From positions 73,830 to 137,829 of the forward strand of contig CAXXHG010000036.1 of NCBI GenBank assembly GCA_963666315.2: a stretch of DNA of 64,000 bases, read 5' to 3'. Position 1 is the first letter of the stretch. Each line of letters begins with the position of its first letter. Shown piece by piece: positions 9,224 through 18,409 of the stretch. The notes below the pieces were generated by a model. It was given only the letters and a program-made list of their open reading frames with translations, did no database searches and was not told where the DNA came from. Made by a program: the position numbers and the translations under genes. This stretch comes from Candidatus Binatia bacterium (GTDB lineage Bacteria; Desulfobacterota; Binatia; Bin18).

Positions 9224-10372
9224 TCAACAACCCAATTGCCGCGCAATGACCATGCGCTGGACTTCACTGGTTCCTTCACCAATGGTGAGAATCTTGGAGT
9301 CCAGGTAAAAGCGAGAGACGGGCGATTCACGCATATACCCATAGCCACCGTGAATCTGAACGGCTTCTTCTGCGATTTTGACAGCGATCTCTGACGAAGC
9401 CAGCTTCGCCATGGCCGCCTCTTGGGCAAACGGTTTGCCTTGGTCGCGCAAGGTTGCAGCACGGTAGGTCATGAGCCGGGCCATCTCCGTCTGGGTGGCC
9501 ATATCCGCCAGTTTAAACTGTATGGCCTGATGGGAGGCGAGCGGCTTCCCAAAGGTTTTGCGTTCTAAGGCGTATTTGAGGGACATATCGAGGCAACTTT
9601 CGGCCAGCGACAATCCCAGCGTCGCAACCGAAATGCGACCGCATTCCAGCGTCTTCAAAAACGCTCGAAATCCGGCGCCTTGTTCGCCTAATAAATTTTC
9701 GCGTGGCACCCGGACATTATCAAATACCTGCTCGCGGGTATCGACCGTATGCCAGCCGATTTTCTTGTACGGCTTACCGACGGTATAGCCGGGCGTGCCC
9801 TTGGGAATAATTATCGCGCTGTAGCGCTTCTTCCCATTTTTATCGCTGCCGTTCGATGTCAGCGCCACCAACCCATAGCTCAGCGGCGTTCCCGCGTTTG
9901 AAATAAAACTCTTGGTGCCATTCACCACCCACTGATCGCCCTCTAGACGAGACGTGGTCATGATATTGGCGGCGTCAGAACCTGCCTGCGGTTCGGTCAA
10001 ACCAAACGCGCCTAGGTGTTTGCCTTGGGCTAGAGGCGTCAGCCATTGTTTCTTTTGCTCTTCCGTCCCAAAGTGCAAATAGGGGAGCGAGCCTATGGTC
10101 AAATGAGCCTGTAGCGTCGTGGCAATCGACTGATCAACCTTGCCCAGTTCTTCAATGGCCATCACCATGGCCATGGTCCCAGCGTTTGTACCGCCGTATT
10201 CCTCTGGGATCAGCAGGCCCATAAGCTGCAGATCTGCCAGCTTTTTAAAGACTTCGGTGGGGAAGCATTCGGCATCAAACCACGCCTCCGCATACGGCGC
10301 GATCTCTTTCTTGGCAAAGTCGCGACACAGGTCACGTATCATCACCTGCTCTTCAGATAATTCGAAATCCAT
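9224..10372 (-). CDS. Acyl-CoA dehydrogenase
   Basis: FGLTEPQAGSDA, NGTKSFISN, QIHGGYGY, IGEGTSEVQR. Confidence 0.95.
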   Translation of the reverse strand: MDFELSEEQVMIRDLCRDFAKKEIAPYAEAWFDAECFPTEVFKKLADLQLMGLLIPEEYGGTNAGTMAMVMAIEELGKVDQSIATTLQAHLTIGSLPYLHFGTEEQKKQWLTPLAQGKHLGAFGLTEPQAGSDAANIMTTSRLEGDQWVVNGTKSFISNAGTPLSYGLVALTSNGSDKNGKKRYSAIIIPKGTPGYTVGKPYKKIGWHTVDTREQVFDNVRVPRENLLGEQGAGFRAFLKTLECGRISVATLGLSLAESCLDMSLKYALERKTFGKPLASHQAIQFKLADMATQTEMARLMTYRAATLRDQGKPFAQEAAMAKLASSEIAVKIAEEAVQIHGGYGYMRESPVSRFYLDSKILTIGEGTSEVQRMVIARQLGC

Positions 10373-10611
10373 ACCTGCCTCACTTCAATATTGAGTAATA
10401 TTTTCAACACACTGAGAACCTTGGCATCTTGGCTGTGCTCCTGAAGATTGTCAAGCAGAAACACCTCTCTTTATGTGGTCATAGACGGACAGCACGCGGG
10501 ACTATAATAAGCCTCTTGGAAAGAGGCAAGACTCGTCTCACTTGTCCCCTCTTGAGGGGGGATCAAATACGGAGTCGGCCCAACCCTCTGACGTCATGAG
10601 AGGAGAATTCT

Positions 10612-11564
10612 ATGACCCGCCCAATTCAATTCGGTCTCTTCCAGCCTCAAGTTGATTTACCCTTTTCTTTACTCAAAGAACGCGCACTCGCCTGCCAAGA
10701 GTATGGTTTTCACTCCATTTGGTTCACCGATCATATGTGGGCACGCGGAATGAAACAGGTCGACTTCTTAGAAGGCTGGACGGTGATGTCGGCTATGGCC
10801 ATGGTCACCAGCAAGATCCGAATCGGCGGCTTAGTATTGTGCAATTCTTATCGCAATCCCGCCTTCCTGGCCAAAATGGCAGCGAGCCTAGATAACATCA
10901 GTGAAGGCAGACTGGAAATCGGTCTGGGTGCGGGCTGGATGAATGAGGAATATGAGGCGTACGGCTATCCTTTTCCGTCTGGTGGGACCCGAGCGGATCA
11001 GCTCAAGGAAGGTGTCGAAATCCTGAAAAAAATGTTTACCGAAGATGCCGCGACTTACAGCGGTAAGTACTACAAGATCGTTGCCGCCCACTGTAACCCC
11101 AAACCAATCCAGAAACCCTACCCGCCCATCACTATTGGTGCTATGGCCGAAAAAAAGGGCCTCAAGATCGTAGCCGAACACGCCGACCGTTGGAATTGCC
11201 CGGCGGCGGCCGCGCATCGAATCGAACAAAAATGGGGCTTGATTACCGACCATTGCAAAACAATCGGACGCAACCCGGCAGAGATAGAAATCTCAGAGCA
11301 GACGCTCGTTGTCCTGGGCAAAGACAAGCCGGATTTCGAGCGTAAATATCCAACCGCAAAAAAACGTTGGGACGATTAGCGGATTTAGAAAAATGTGGCG
11401 TATGTGGTGACCCGGCTGGCGTCATCGATAGCCTGAGGAAGAAGAACAAAAAAGGCGTGACTCTGTTCACCCTGATGTTCAGCGACATGGCTCAGGATGA
11501 CTTTCTCGCGACCTTACAGGTCTTTGCGAATGAGGTCATGCCCGCGTTTCGGTACAGGCTATGA
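10612..11564 (+). pseudogene. LLM-class (probable F420/flavin-dependent) oxidoreductase, frameshifted at A7 run 11358..11364
   Basis: WFTDH, LEGWT, YRNPAFLAKMAASLD, GRLEIGLGAGW, PKPIQKPYPPI; one extra A joins ORF 10612..11379 to 11367..11564 (...FANEVMPAF). Confidence 0.8.
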
Positions 11565-12007
11565 GCCAAGACACCAAATCTTTTAATGATTTTGAGATCG
11601 GCGACGAGATTGGTCCGGTCACCAAGACGCCGACCACGGCACAGGTGCTGCAATACGCGGAGGTCGCCCACATTCAAGGGCTCAAGTTCTTCTTCCATAA
11701 GAAAGCTGCCGAACAGGCCGGCTTAACAAAGCCCATTGTCCCCGGACCACTGAATACCACCTATTTGTGTCAGATGCTGAAAGACTTTTTTGTGGGCTGG
11801 CGTCTGCGTACGCTGAACACAACCTTCCGGACTCCCATTCGGCATGGGGAAACAATCTCGCTGTGGGGTATGATTACGGAGAAAAACGAAGAAGACGGCG
11901 TGCCGACCGTGTACTGCGACTTAGTCGTCGAAAACGAGCAAGGCGAACGCGCCATTACCGGCACGGCGGTTATGGTTCAGCAGACGCCTCGACCTGCTTC
12001 GAACTGA
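11561..12007 (+). CDS. MaoC-family (hotdog fold) dehydratase
   Basis: GDEIGP, PIVPGPL, FRTPIRHGETI; ATGA overlap with upstream gene. Confidence 0.8.
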   Translation: MSQDTKSFNDFEIGDEIGPVTKTPTTAQVLQYAEVAHIQGLKFFFHKKAAEQAGLTKPIVPGPLNTTYLCQMLKDFFVGWRLRTLNTTFRTPIRHGETISLWGMITEKNEEDGVPTVYCDLVVENEQGERAITGTAVMVQQTPRPASN

Positions 12008-12030
12008 TGCCCCTTCCCCCACGGCTGACA

Positions 12031-13110
12031 CTATTTCATCATTTCATCTTGCTTGATCACTGCTTTGGCAAACGCCTCAATTGTTTCGCGTGCATCCGCC
12101 ACAGGCTGGACCGCGACTTGATTAATGCCGGCCTTCTTCATAGCCTGGACGGACTCTAATACTTCCTCTTTTGTTCCCGTCAATGTCGTGGCTCGAATCA
12201 TCTTCTCGGTTACCAGTGGTTCGTGCTCTTTCTTAAAGCCTTGCAGATAGCCCTCGTAGAGTTTGAGGTGGCGCGTTTCGATAGAACCCTGCAGGCGCAC
12301 GATAGGCGTTTTTGAAAGGCCATCAAGGTCATCACGCAAATCAGCGGGCAGGTCCTGCGGGTCGGGACATGAGAAGGCAAAAATATTACTCGACGAGGAG
12401 ACAAACGGGCCGACGGCCTTGCGCACCCGAGACGTTTCCAATTTTTCGCCTTTTTTGGTGAGATGAAAAGCCGTCATACACAGGGTGTAAATCCGCTTGG
12501 GATTACGCCCTGCCCGCTCGGCCCCCGTTCGAATATGATTCATGGCGAATTCAATTAAACTTGGACTGACCGTCCCAAACAGAATAATCCCATCGGCAAT
12601 TTCACCAGCTAATTCCAGCGTCTTTGGACCACTGGCGGCAACATAAATGGGAACTTTTTTCTTAATATTGATCCAGCCGCCTTTGGGGTTGAGGAATTTA
12701 ATCATGCGCCGTCGATCACCTTCCTGATACCACGTGGTATTCCCCGCTAAGAGTTCACGGCAAATTTCGACGTGTTCACGCATCTGCGCCAACCGAGCGG
12801 CAGGCATACCAAGGGTCCGTCGGGCCGTATTGCCGGTCCCGATTCCAAGTATGGTCCGGCCGGGGGCGAGTTCGTTAATCGAAGCAATTGAGCAGGCCGT
12901 AACAGGCGCGATGCGCGAGGCCGGATTGGTCACGCCTGGGCCGAGTTTAATCTTCTTGGTATTGACGGCACACAGGGCGAGCGAGGCATACACATCGCTA
13001 CACAGCATCTGAGAGTCATACAGCCAGGCGTGCGTATAGCCGCGCTTTTCAGCCAGCCTGACATCTTTATAAACATGCACCCCGCTAAAAAAAACATAAC
13101 CATAGTCCAT
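12031..13110 (-). CDS. LLM-class flavin/F420-dependent oxidoreductase (Mer-like)
   Basis: AWLYDSQ, LGPGVTNP, GRTILGIGTG, PIYVAASGPKTLELAGEIADG. Confidence 0.88.
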   Translation of the reverse strand: MDYGYVFFSGVHVYKDVRLAEKRGYTHAWLYDSQMLCSDVYASLALCAVNTKKIKLGPGVTNPASRIAPVTACSIASINELAPGRTILGIGTGNTARRTLGMPAARLAQMREHVEICRELLAGNTTWYQEGDRRRMIKFLNPKGGWINIKKKVPIYVAASGPKTLELAGEIADGIILFGTVSPSLIEFAMNHIRTGAERAGRNPKRIYTLCMTAFHLTKKGEKLETSRVRKAVGPFVSSSSNIFAFSCPDPQDLPADLRDDLDGLSKTPIVRLQGSIETRHLKLYEGYLQGFKKEHEPLVTEKMIRATTLTGTKEEVLESVQAMKKAGINQVAVQPVADARETIEAFAKAVIKQDEMMK

Positions 13111-13122
13111 GATTGCCTCCCC

Positions 13123-14496
13123 CTAGAGCGATTGTGTAAAGTTGTACATGTCTCTTTCGCTCTCAAGTTGTTTGACTGCATGATAGACACGCTCTACTCG
13201 GGGCGCGTCCCAGACCGATTTCACCAAATCTCTATATTTATCCGTCAGTTGATCCCACGACAGCGGATTCTCCGGATCACCTTTGGGAAAACGGACCTGA
13301 GCAGAAACCTCGCGTCCGTCCTGGAGCTTGACCTTAGCCCAAGCCGGCCACTCCTTGGGATAGTTGTGTTCCAAGGCAGGATCACGTTCATAGTCTACCT
13401 TCGCCATGAGCGCGCCGATTTCCGCATCGTGGAGCATGGTTTCAGTAAATTCATCTAAGCCCGCCCGCCGCTTTGCCAACGCCACAGCCACACCAAACGG
13501 CAGACTGAACTGCGCCTCAACCACATTCGTCGGTCGGGATTTGCGGTCGGCGGGTTCGCAGATCACTGGGATGCCGGTCTCCAGCATGCCTATGGTGATT
13601 TGCTCAACCTGCTGGGGCTGGATGTCGTACTCATGCGCGACTTTCAGGACAGCATCGATGGGCGCCTGGGTATAGCGACAGCAGGCGTGTGGCTTGACCG
13701 CGGTTTGAAGAATCTGGAAATCGTCACCTAAGCCCTGTGTAATTTTGCTAGGATCAGGATTGACTGCATAGGCTTTCAGAAAGCCACCTCGGCCCTCGAG
13801 TATCGTAGTCGGGCCAATAAAACCTTCTTTTGCCAAAAGCGCGGCATGCAGCCCACTAAACGCCGCCCAGCCCGGATGGAAGCGCTTGGTCCAGGCACCT
13901 GCGGTCAGAAACTCCATCGATCCGGCTGACTGGCTGCCGGCAATACCCAAAGCGGAAAGGAACTGCGGCTCGTCGAGATGCAGCAGCCTGGCTGCACTGG
14001 CCGCAGCACCAAAGGTGCCGCAGGTGGCAGTGGGATGAAAACCGCGCGCATAGTGATCTGCGGGCTTGAGCGCCATGGCAAGCCGCGCAGCAACCTCAAA
14101 GCCGGCCACAGTCGCCGTAAGAAATTCTTTACCACTTGCCCCAAGAGACTCGGCCATGGCCAAGGCCGCAGAAAAGACCGACACTCCGAGATGGATTGAG
14201 CCGCCTTGGTGGGTGTCATCCAATTCCAAACTGTGCGCCGCAGTCCCATTGGTCAAAGCCGCATAGGGCAAGGTCGTTTTTTGCGTACGGCCTAAGACTG
14301 TCCCAGAGCCCTCAGGAGCCAGGGTTTGGGCAATCCGGTAGAGCGGCTGGCTGGAATCAGACAGCGATCCACGTATGGCAACACCCAGATAATCGAGGAA
14401 AAAATACTTGGCCCGGTCAACGACTTCCGGCGGGAGGGCCTCGTATTGCAGTTCAGCACAAAATGAAGCGAGATAACGGGTTAAGGGGATTTCCAT
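13123..14496 (-). CDS. MmgE/PrpD family protein
   Basis: NGTAAHSLELDD, RGFHPT, KRFHPG, KPHACCRY, AQFSLPF, KGDPENP. Confidence 0.93.
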   Translation of the reverse strand: MEIPLTRYLASFCAELQYEALPPEVVDRAKYFFLDYLGVAIRGSLSDSSQPLYRIAQTLAPEGSGTVLGRTQKTTLPYAALTNGTAAHSLELDDTHQGGSIHLGVSVFSAALAMAESLGASGKEFLTATVAGFEVAARLAMALKPADHYARGFHPTATCGTFGAAASAARLLHLDEPQFLSALGIAGSQSAGSMEFLTAGAWTKRFHPGWAAFSGLHAALLAKEGFIGPTTILEGRGGFLKAYAVNPDPSKITQGLGDDFQILQTAVKPHACCRYTQAPIDAVLKVAHEYDIQPQQVEQITIGMLETGIPVICEPADRKSRPTNVVEAQFSLPFGVAVALAKRRAGLDEFTETMLHDAEIGALMAKVDYERDPALEHNYPKEWPAWAKVKLQDGREVSAQVRFPKGDPENPLSWDQLTDKYRDLVKSVWDAPRVERVYHAVKQLESERDMYNFTQSL

Positions 14497-14563
14497 AGCT
14501 TGAGCCCCGTATCGGGAACTCCATAGTCTAAGTCTCTGTCGCGTTTTACGTGCCTATCGACTG

Positions 14564-14625
14564 TGTCACCCTGAGCAACGCGAAGGGTCTCTCTGAGAGA
14601 TTCTTAGCATCCGCTCAGAATGACA
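14564..14625. repeat. Palindromic REP-like element
   Basis: tgtcaccctgagcaacgcgaagggtct...agattcttagcatccgctcagaatgaca; half copy at 33807..33832. Confidence 0.65.
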
Positions 14626-14674
14626 GGAATAGGCGAAAGAAATAAACCCCAGGAACGCAACCGATATCGAATTC

Positions 14675-15694
14675 CTATAACTTCGGAATCACCTTCTCAC
14701 CAAACGTCCGTATGGCTTGCAACGTCTTCTCATGTGACGGACCGCCCGGCTGGCGGAAGCGAAGAATCAAATAATCCGGCTGAATCGCTTCTTTCCACAT
14801 TTGAAGCTGATCCAAACAGTCCTCCGGCGAGCCCACAATGAGCCGTTCTTTGGCCGCCTTCTCAAACGTCAACTCCTCAGGAGTCTTCACATCTTTGATG
14901 TGTTCATCCGGGACGTAAGCGTCATACTCGAAATAAAAGCGGTGCGTATACATAGTCGGCTCGCTGGCGGCTTCGGCTGCGGCCATGCTGTCGGCAACGA
15001 TCGCGTCACGCATCAAACAGATATACGGCTTGCGTCCAGCCTTTTCTGCGGCGGCGCGGTAGAGCGAGGCATAGTCTTTAATGACGCTCAGGCTCTGCAC
15101 TGGATCAGCAATCCAGCCATCCGCCAGCCGCCCTGCTCGGCGCAGGCCAATCGGCGTCCAGGACGCCATCCATATTGGCGGGCCCGGCTTCTGGATGGGA
15201 CCTGGAGTAATCAGGGTGTCCTTGTATTGAAAATGTTTGCCGTCAAAAGAGAAGCGCTCACCTGCCCAACTCTTACGGATAATCTCAATCCCTTCTTCAG
15301 TTCGAGACGCACGTTCGGTCACGGGTATCCCAAACGCATCAAAGTCGTGCGGCTGATAGCCCACGCCGATGCTCAGCACCAGCCGGCCCTTGGTAGCCTG
15401 GTCAATCACGGCGCAGTCTTCCGCAACGTGAACAGGATGATGCAGCGGCATGAGCAACACACACGTGCCGACCTTGATCCGCTCAGTCTTCATGCCTACG
15501 AGTCCGGCCAATAGCAGCGGGTTGGGCAGATAGCCGTCTTCCTGCTGGTGGTGTTCGGTAATAAAGCAGCCGTCCCAGCCACTGGCCTCGGCCGCTTGAG
15601 CTTCGGCAACGATTTCGTCTATCACCGTAGCCATATTCGCCCCGGACGGGGGATCTTGAGTGCAGGGTAGATAGCCAATTGGTAGCATACACAT
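14675..15694 (-). CDS. LLM-class flavin-dependent oxidoreductase
   Basis: FITEHH, PLHHPVHVAED, GRLVLSIGVGY, FGEKVIP. Confidence 0.9.
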   Translation of the reverse strand: MCMLPIGYLPCTQDPPSGANMATVIDEIVAEAQAAEASGWDGCFITEHHQQEDGYLPNPLLLAGLVGMKTERIKVGTCVLLMPLHHPVHVAEDCAVIDQATKGRLVLSIGVGYQPHDFDAFGIPVTERASRTEEGIEIIRKSWAGERFSFDGKHFQYKDTLITPGPIQKPGPPIWMASWTPIGLRRAGRLADGWIADPVQSLSVIKDYASLYRAAAEKAGRKPYICLMRDAIVADSMAAAEAASEPTMYTHRFYFEYDAYVPDEHIKDVKTPEELTFEKAAKERLIVGSPEDCLDQLQMWKEAIQPDYLILRFRQPGGPSHEKTLQAIRTFGEKVIPKL

Positions 15695-16228
15695 TCTCCT
15701 TTATCCGGCAGATCGGTGTGCTGCCGTTAAAGCAAAAACACGAAAAAGTGTCTATTGCCCCGAGTTTTTCCAATGCTGACTCTTTTCCTATATAAGGATT
15801 CAGGACTCTCCGACAGCGCACTAGATTCCACACCCCATACGGCGGAGCCGCTGGGTCTAGAGAAAACCACCCACCCGAGCCGAACCATTGCCGGGTGTCG
15901 CTCGTATAGTCCGTGCAGAAAATATTTTTGAGGAGGAACCCGACAGATGCTCCTACTCTCATTCTTGAGCCACACACTTGTGCTTACGCGGATCTCATTC
16001 ATAAGTCCACCGGCTCACAGCACTCCTTCCGCGTCCTGGACGACGAACCATTCGTGTTTGCTGTGGTTCTGTACGGCGGCTTTCAGCTTGTCACTAGCTA
16101 AGCGGTGTGATCTTTTTGCTACGTATGTATTTGGTAGTGTGGCTTTTCGCCACAGCGCCTCGCCATATTTGCTACCTCAAGTACACCAGAATGTATACTC
16201 AGTTGACTCGTCGAGAGCTCCTTTCGTC

Positions 16229-16278
16229 ATGGATAGGAATGGATGGGAATGGATCGGAATGAATGGGCATGAACGGGA
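16229..16278 (+). repeat. Five tandem 10-bp repeats, consensus ATG(G/A)AYnGGA
   Basis: atggatagga atggatggga atggatcgga atgaatgggc atgaacggga. Confidence 0.8.
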
Positions 16279-16347
16279 CGCTTCAACCTCAACTCCGCTG
16301 GAATTCGAGGTGTGGTAAGAAGCAAAACACAAAAGCACTGAAATAGT

Positions 16348-16363
16348 TGGTACGCTCCTTGCA
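16348..16363 (+). promoter_or_regulatory. Sigma54 (-24/-12) promoter
   Basis: TGGTACG-CTCC-TTGCA vs consensus TGGCACG-N4-TTGCW, 42 bp upstream of ATG 16406. Confidence 0.7.
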
Positions 16364-16405
16364 TCCTTAATTCTTAATAGAGAAACCAAAAAGGGGCCTT
16401 TCAGC

Positions 16406-16603
16406 ATGACCTCGCAACCGACCTCAACCTTGCTCAAGCTTGTCAGAACGGTGAACGCATACACTGCCGATGATCAGGAAGTGGTCGCGACGGTCACCTA
16501 TCTTGTAAACAGCGGGAAAGTCCGTTTAGGCGGCATTTTCGCGGGAGCCCACATTGGTCCGACCGCCGACGCAATCGAGTACCACTTGCTACCAAACGGT
16601 TGA
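16406..16603 (+). CDS. Small hypothetical protein (65 aa)
   Basis: TLLKLVRTV...DQEVVATVTYLVNSGKVRLGGIF; AAGGGG RBS and sigma54-type promoter upstream. Confidence 0.65.
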   Translation: MTSQPTSTLLKLVRTVNAYTADDQEVVATVTYLVNSGKVRLGGIFAGAHIGPTADAIEYHLLPNG

Positions 16604-16693
16604 GACCAGCCGGGCGCCAGACGGAAACGGCAACCAGTTGGTCCAGAGGGGCCTCTTCTTCATCAACTCTGGGGGTAAGGAAAATCGCTATTC

Positions 16694-17119
16694 TCAGGAT
16701 GACCTTGCTGGACCTATGAACGGCGATTTGACCTCTGTCAGCGTCAGAATCTTCCAGACTCCTCCGTCCTGGCGAAAAGTATAGAAATAGCTTCCCTGTT
16801 CTAATTGTGATCCGTCGGCCTTATAGCGAACGAGATCAGCACTGCCAGCGGCCGTTGTTTCCGACAACGGCCAGACCTCAATCTGGTCAACCTCAGTATG
16901 ATCCCAGCCTCGACTTTGAATAGAAACCATTATTTCCTGATAGAAACGTTGTTGGTCTGATTCTTTGGTATGAACGACCATACCCTGCTCACCGCTTAAG
17001 ATCGCATTCGGATAGCAGAATGAACGCAGATAGAGATCCGTATCTTCCCGGTTAAATCCGTCGATAAAGCTCCGATAGAATGTTGCCACATCTTGAATAA
17101 TCCTCTCGGTGTCGGCCAT
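16694..17119 (-). CDS. NTF2-like (DUF6841-like) protein
   Basis: FYRSFIDGFN...LVRYKADGSQLE...WKI; GAGGAG RBS. Confidence 0.7.
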   Translation of the reverse strand: MADTERIIQDVATFYRSFIDGFNREDTDLYLRSFCYPNAILSGEQGMVVHTKESDQQRFYQEIMVSIQSRGWDHTEVDQIEVWPLSETTAAGSADLVRYKADGSQLEQGSYFYTFRQDGGVWKILTLTEVKSPFIGPARSS

Positions 17120-17498
17120 TTGTTTCTCCTCACAATACGTTAAAGAATTGGTCCACCGGACAGCCGGTCGTCTGCCCAAAGCCCTCTTGCACCTAGACAC
17201 GGTGCGGCTCACTGTATCTCGCCGCTTGCCCTGAGATCAAGACAACGACTGCTATCCCGAGGCCAATCTTAACACAGAACAAACCACAAACTAGGTATAA
17301 AGCCAAAATGGTCTTATATAGGTAGAATAGCCTTGATAAATACGCTGTATCCATCCGAATAATAAACGTAGGCAGTGACAAAAGCGACATTGTACTTCTC
17401 CTGGATAAAGTTTATAAGGAAGGAAAAAAGTAATGCAGGCGTTTAGTATATACTAACATAGAGCAGAAATTTACAGAAAAAGTAGGGAGGATATTCAT

Positions 17499-18347
17499 AT
17501 GGCACAGAATCAGAATGAAGAACTAGAGCAGCTCTCTGCTGAAAAAGAGCGCTATCGAGTCATTGCTGAACTCACCTCAGATTACGCATATACCTTACGC
17601 GCAGAGTCTGAAACGAAAGTCGTTCTAGACTGGGCGAATGGGGCTTATTCGCGTTTGACCGGACTGGGCGAGACAGACCTACATCGCGGCGTCACGCAGG
17701 CGCGCTGGATCAGAACGGCTCACACTACGGATCGCGCCTCTATGCAGAAGCGTATGGACACGCTGCTTTCCGGCGAATCCATCACGACAGAGTATAAAAT
17801 CGTGAGCAAGACCGGAGAGACGCGCTGGCTGCGAGATATTGGACGGCCGATTCTTGACGACGACGGACGGGTGATACGGATTTATTGCGCTGCCCAAGAC
17901 ATTACGGAGGACATGCGTAAGGCAGAACTCATTGACGACCGCACCCTTGATCCTAAGGCATTATGCGGCAACCTGCGGAAATTTCGCCACAAGCTGAAAC
18001 TCAGCCAGAAAGTCTTTGGCAAAACCTTCGGCGAATACAGCCAACGGCAGATCACCAGCTATGAAACCGGCGAATCGGAAATCCCTCTCGGCCTCTTGCT
18101 TCGCATTCGCGATGCAGGCTATCCACTCGACGTCGTCCTGGGTGAAGGCAAGACTACTGCGCTTGATCAGGTCGTGGGTTATCTGGCTGCCAGCGCGCGG
18201 GCGCATGACAAGGCCCGCCAATCGGCTCAGTCTATCTGTGATATGCTTGCCAATGAGTGCGACACGATTAAAGAAATCATGCGGGAATTAGGCCTTCCTG
18301 ACGATTTGAAGAACGGCGCGCGCATGCGTCGCCGCCGCCCTGCCTAA
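17499..18347 (+). CDS. PAS domain + XRE-type HTH regulator
   Basis: RYRVIAE...EYKIVSKTGETRWLRD...AQDIT (PAS/PAC), then LRKFRHKLKLSQKVFG...SQRQITSYETG (HTH_3); GGGAGG RBS. Confidence 0.8.
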   Translation: MAQNQNEELEQLSAEKERYRVIAELTSDYAYTLRAESETKVVLDWANGAYSRLTGLGETDLHRGVTQARWIRTAHTTDRASMQKRMDTLLSGESITTEYKIVSKTGETRWLRDIGRPILDDDGRVIRIYCAAQDITEDMRKAELIDDRTLDPKALCGNLRKFRHKLKLSQKVFGKTFGEYSQRQITSYETGESEIPLGLLLRIRDAGYPLDVVLGEGKTTALDQVVGYLAASARAHDKARQSAQSICDMLANECDTIKEIMRELGLPDDLKNGARMRRRRPA

Positions 18348-18409
18348 GCGGCGCGTAAACGGCTACACGGACGACGGGGAACCGTCGTCCGTGTCTTTCA
18401 TGCCTGGTC

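Noticed and set aside
15695-16228. Riboswitch or ncRNA in the long intergenic region
   Set aside because: No recognisable conserved motif by eye; an Rfam cmscan would be needed.
16229-16278. Possible CRISPR or coding repeat (MDRNGWEWIGMNGHE in ORF 15947..16318)
   Set aside because: 10-bp unit without spacers and not a multiple of 3; the ORF shows no protein-like features.
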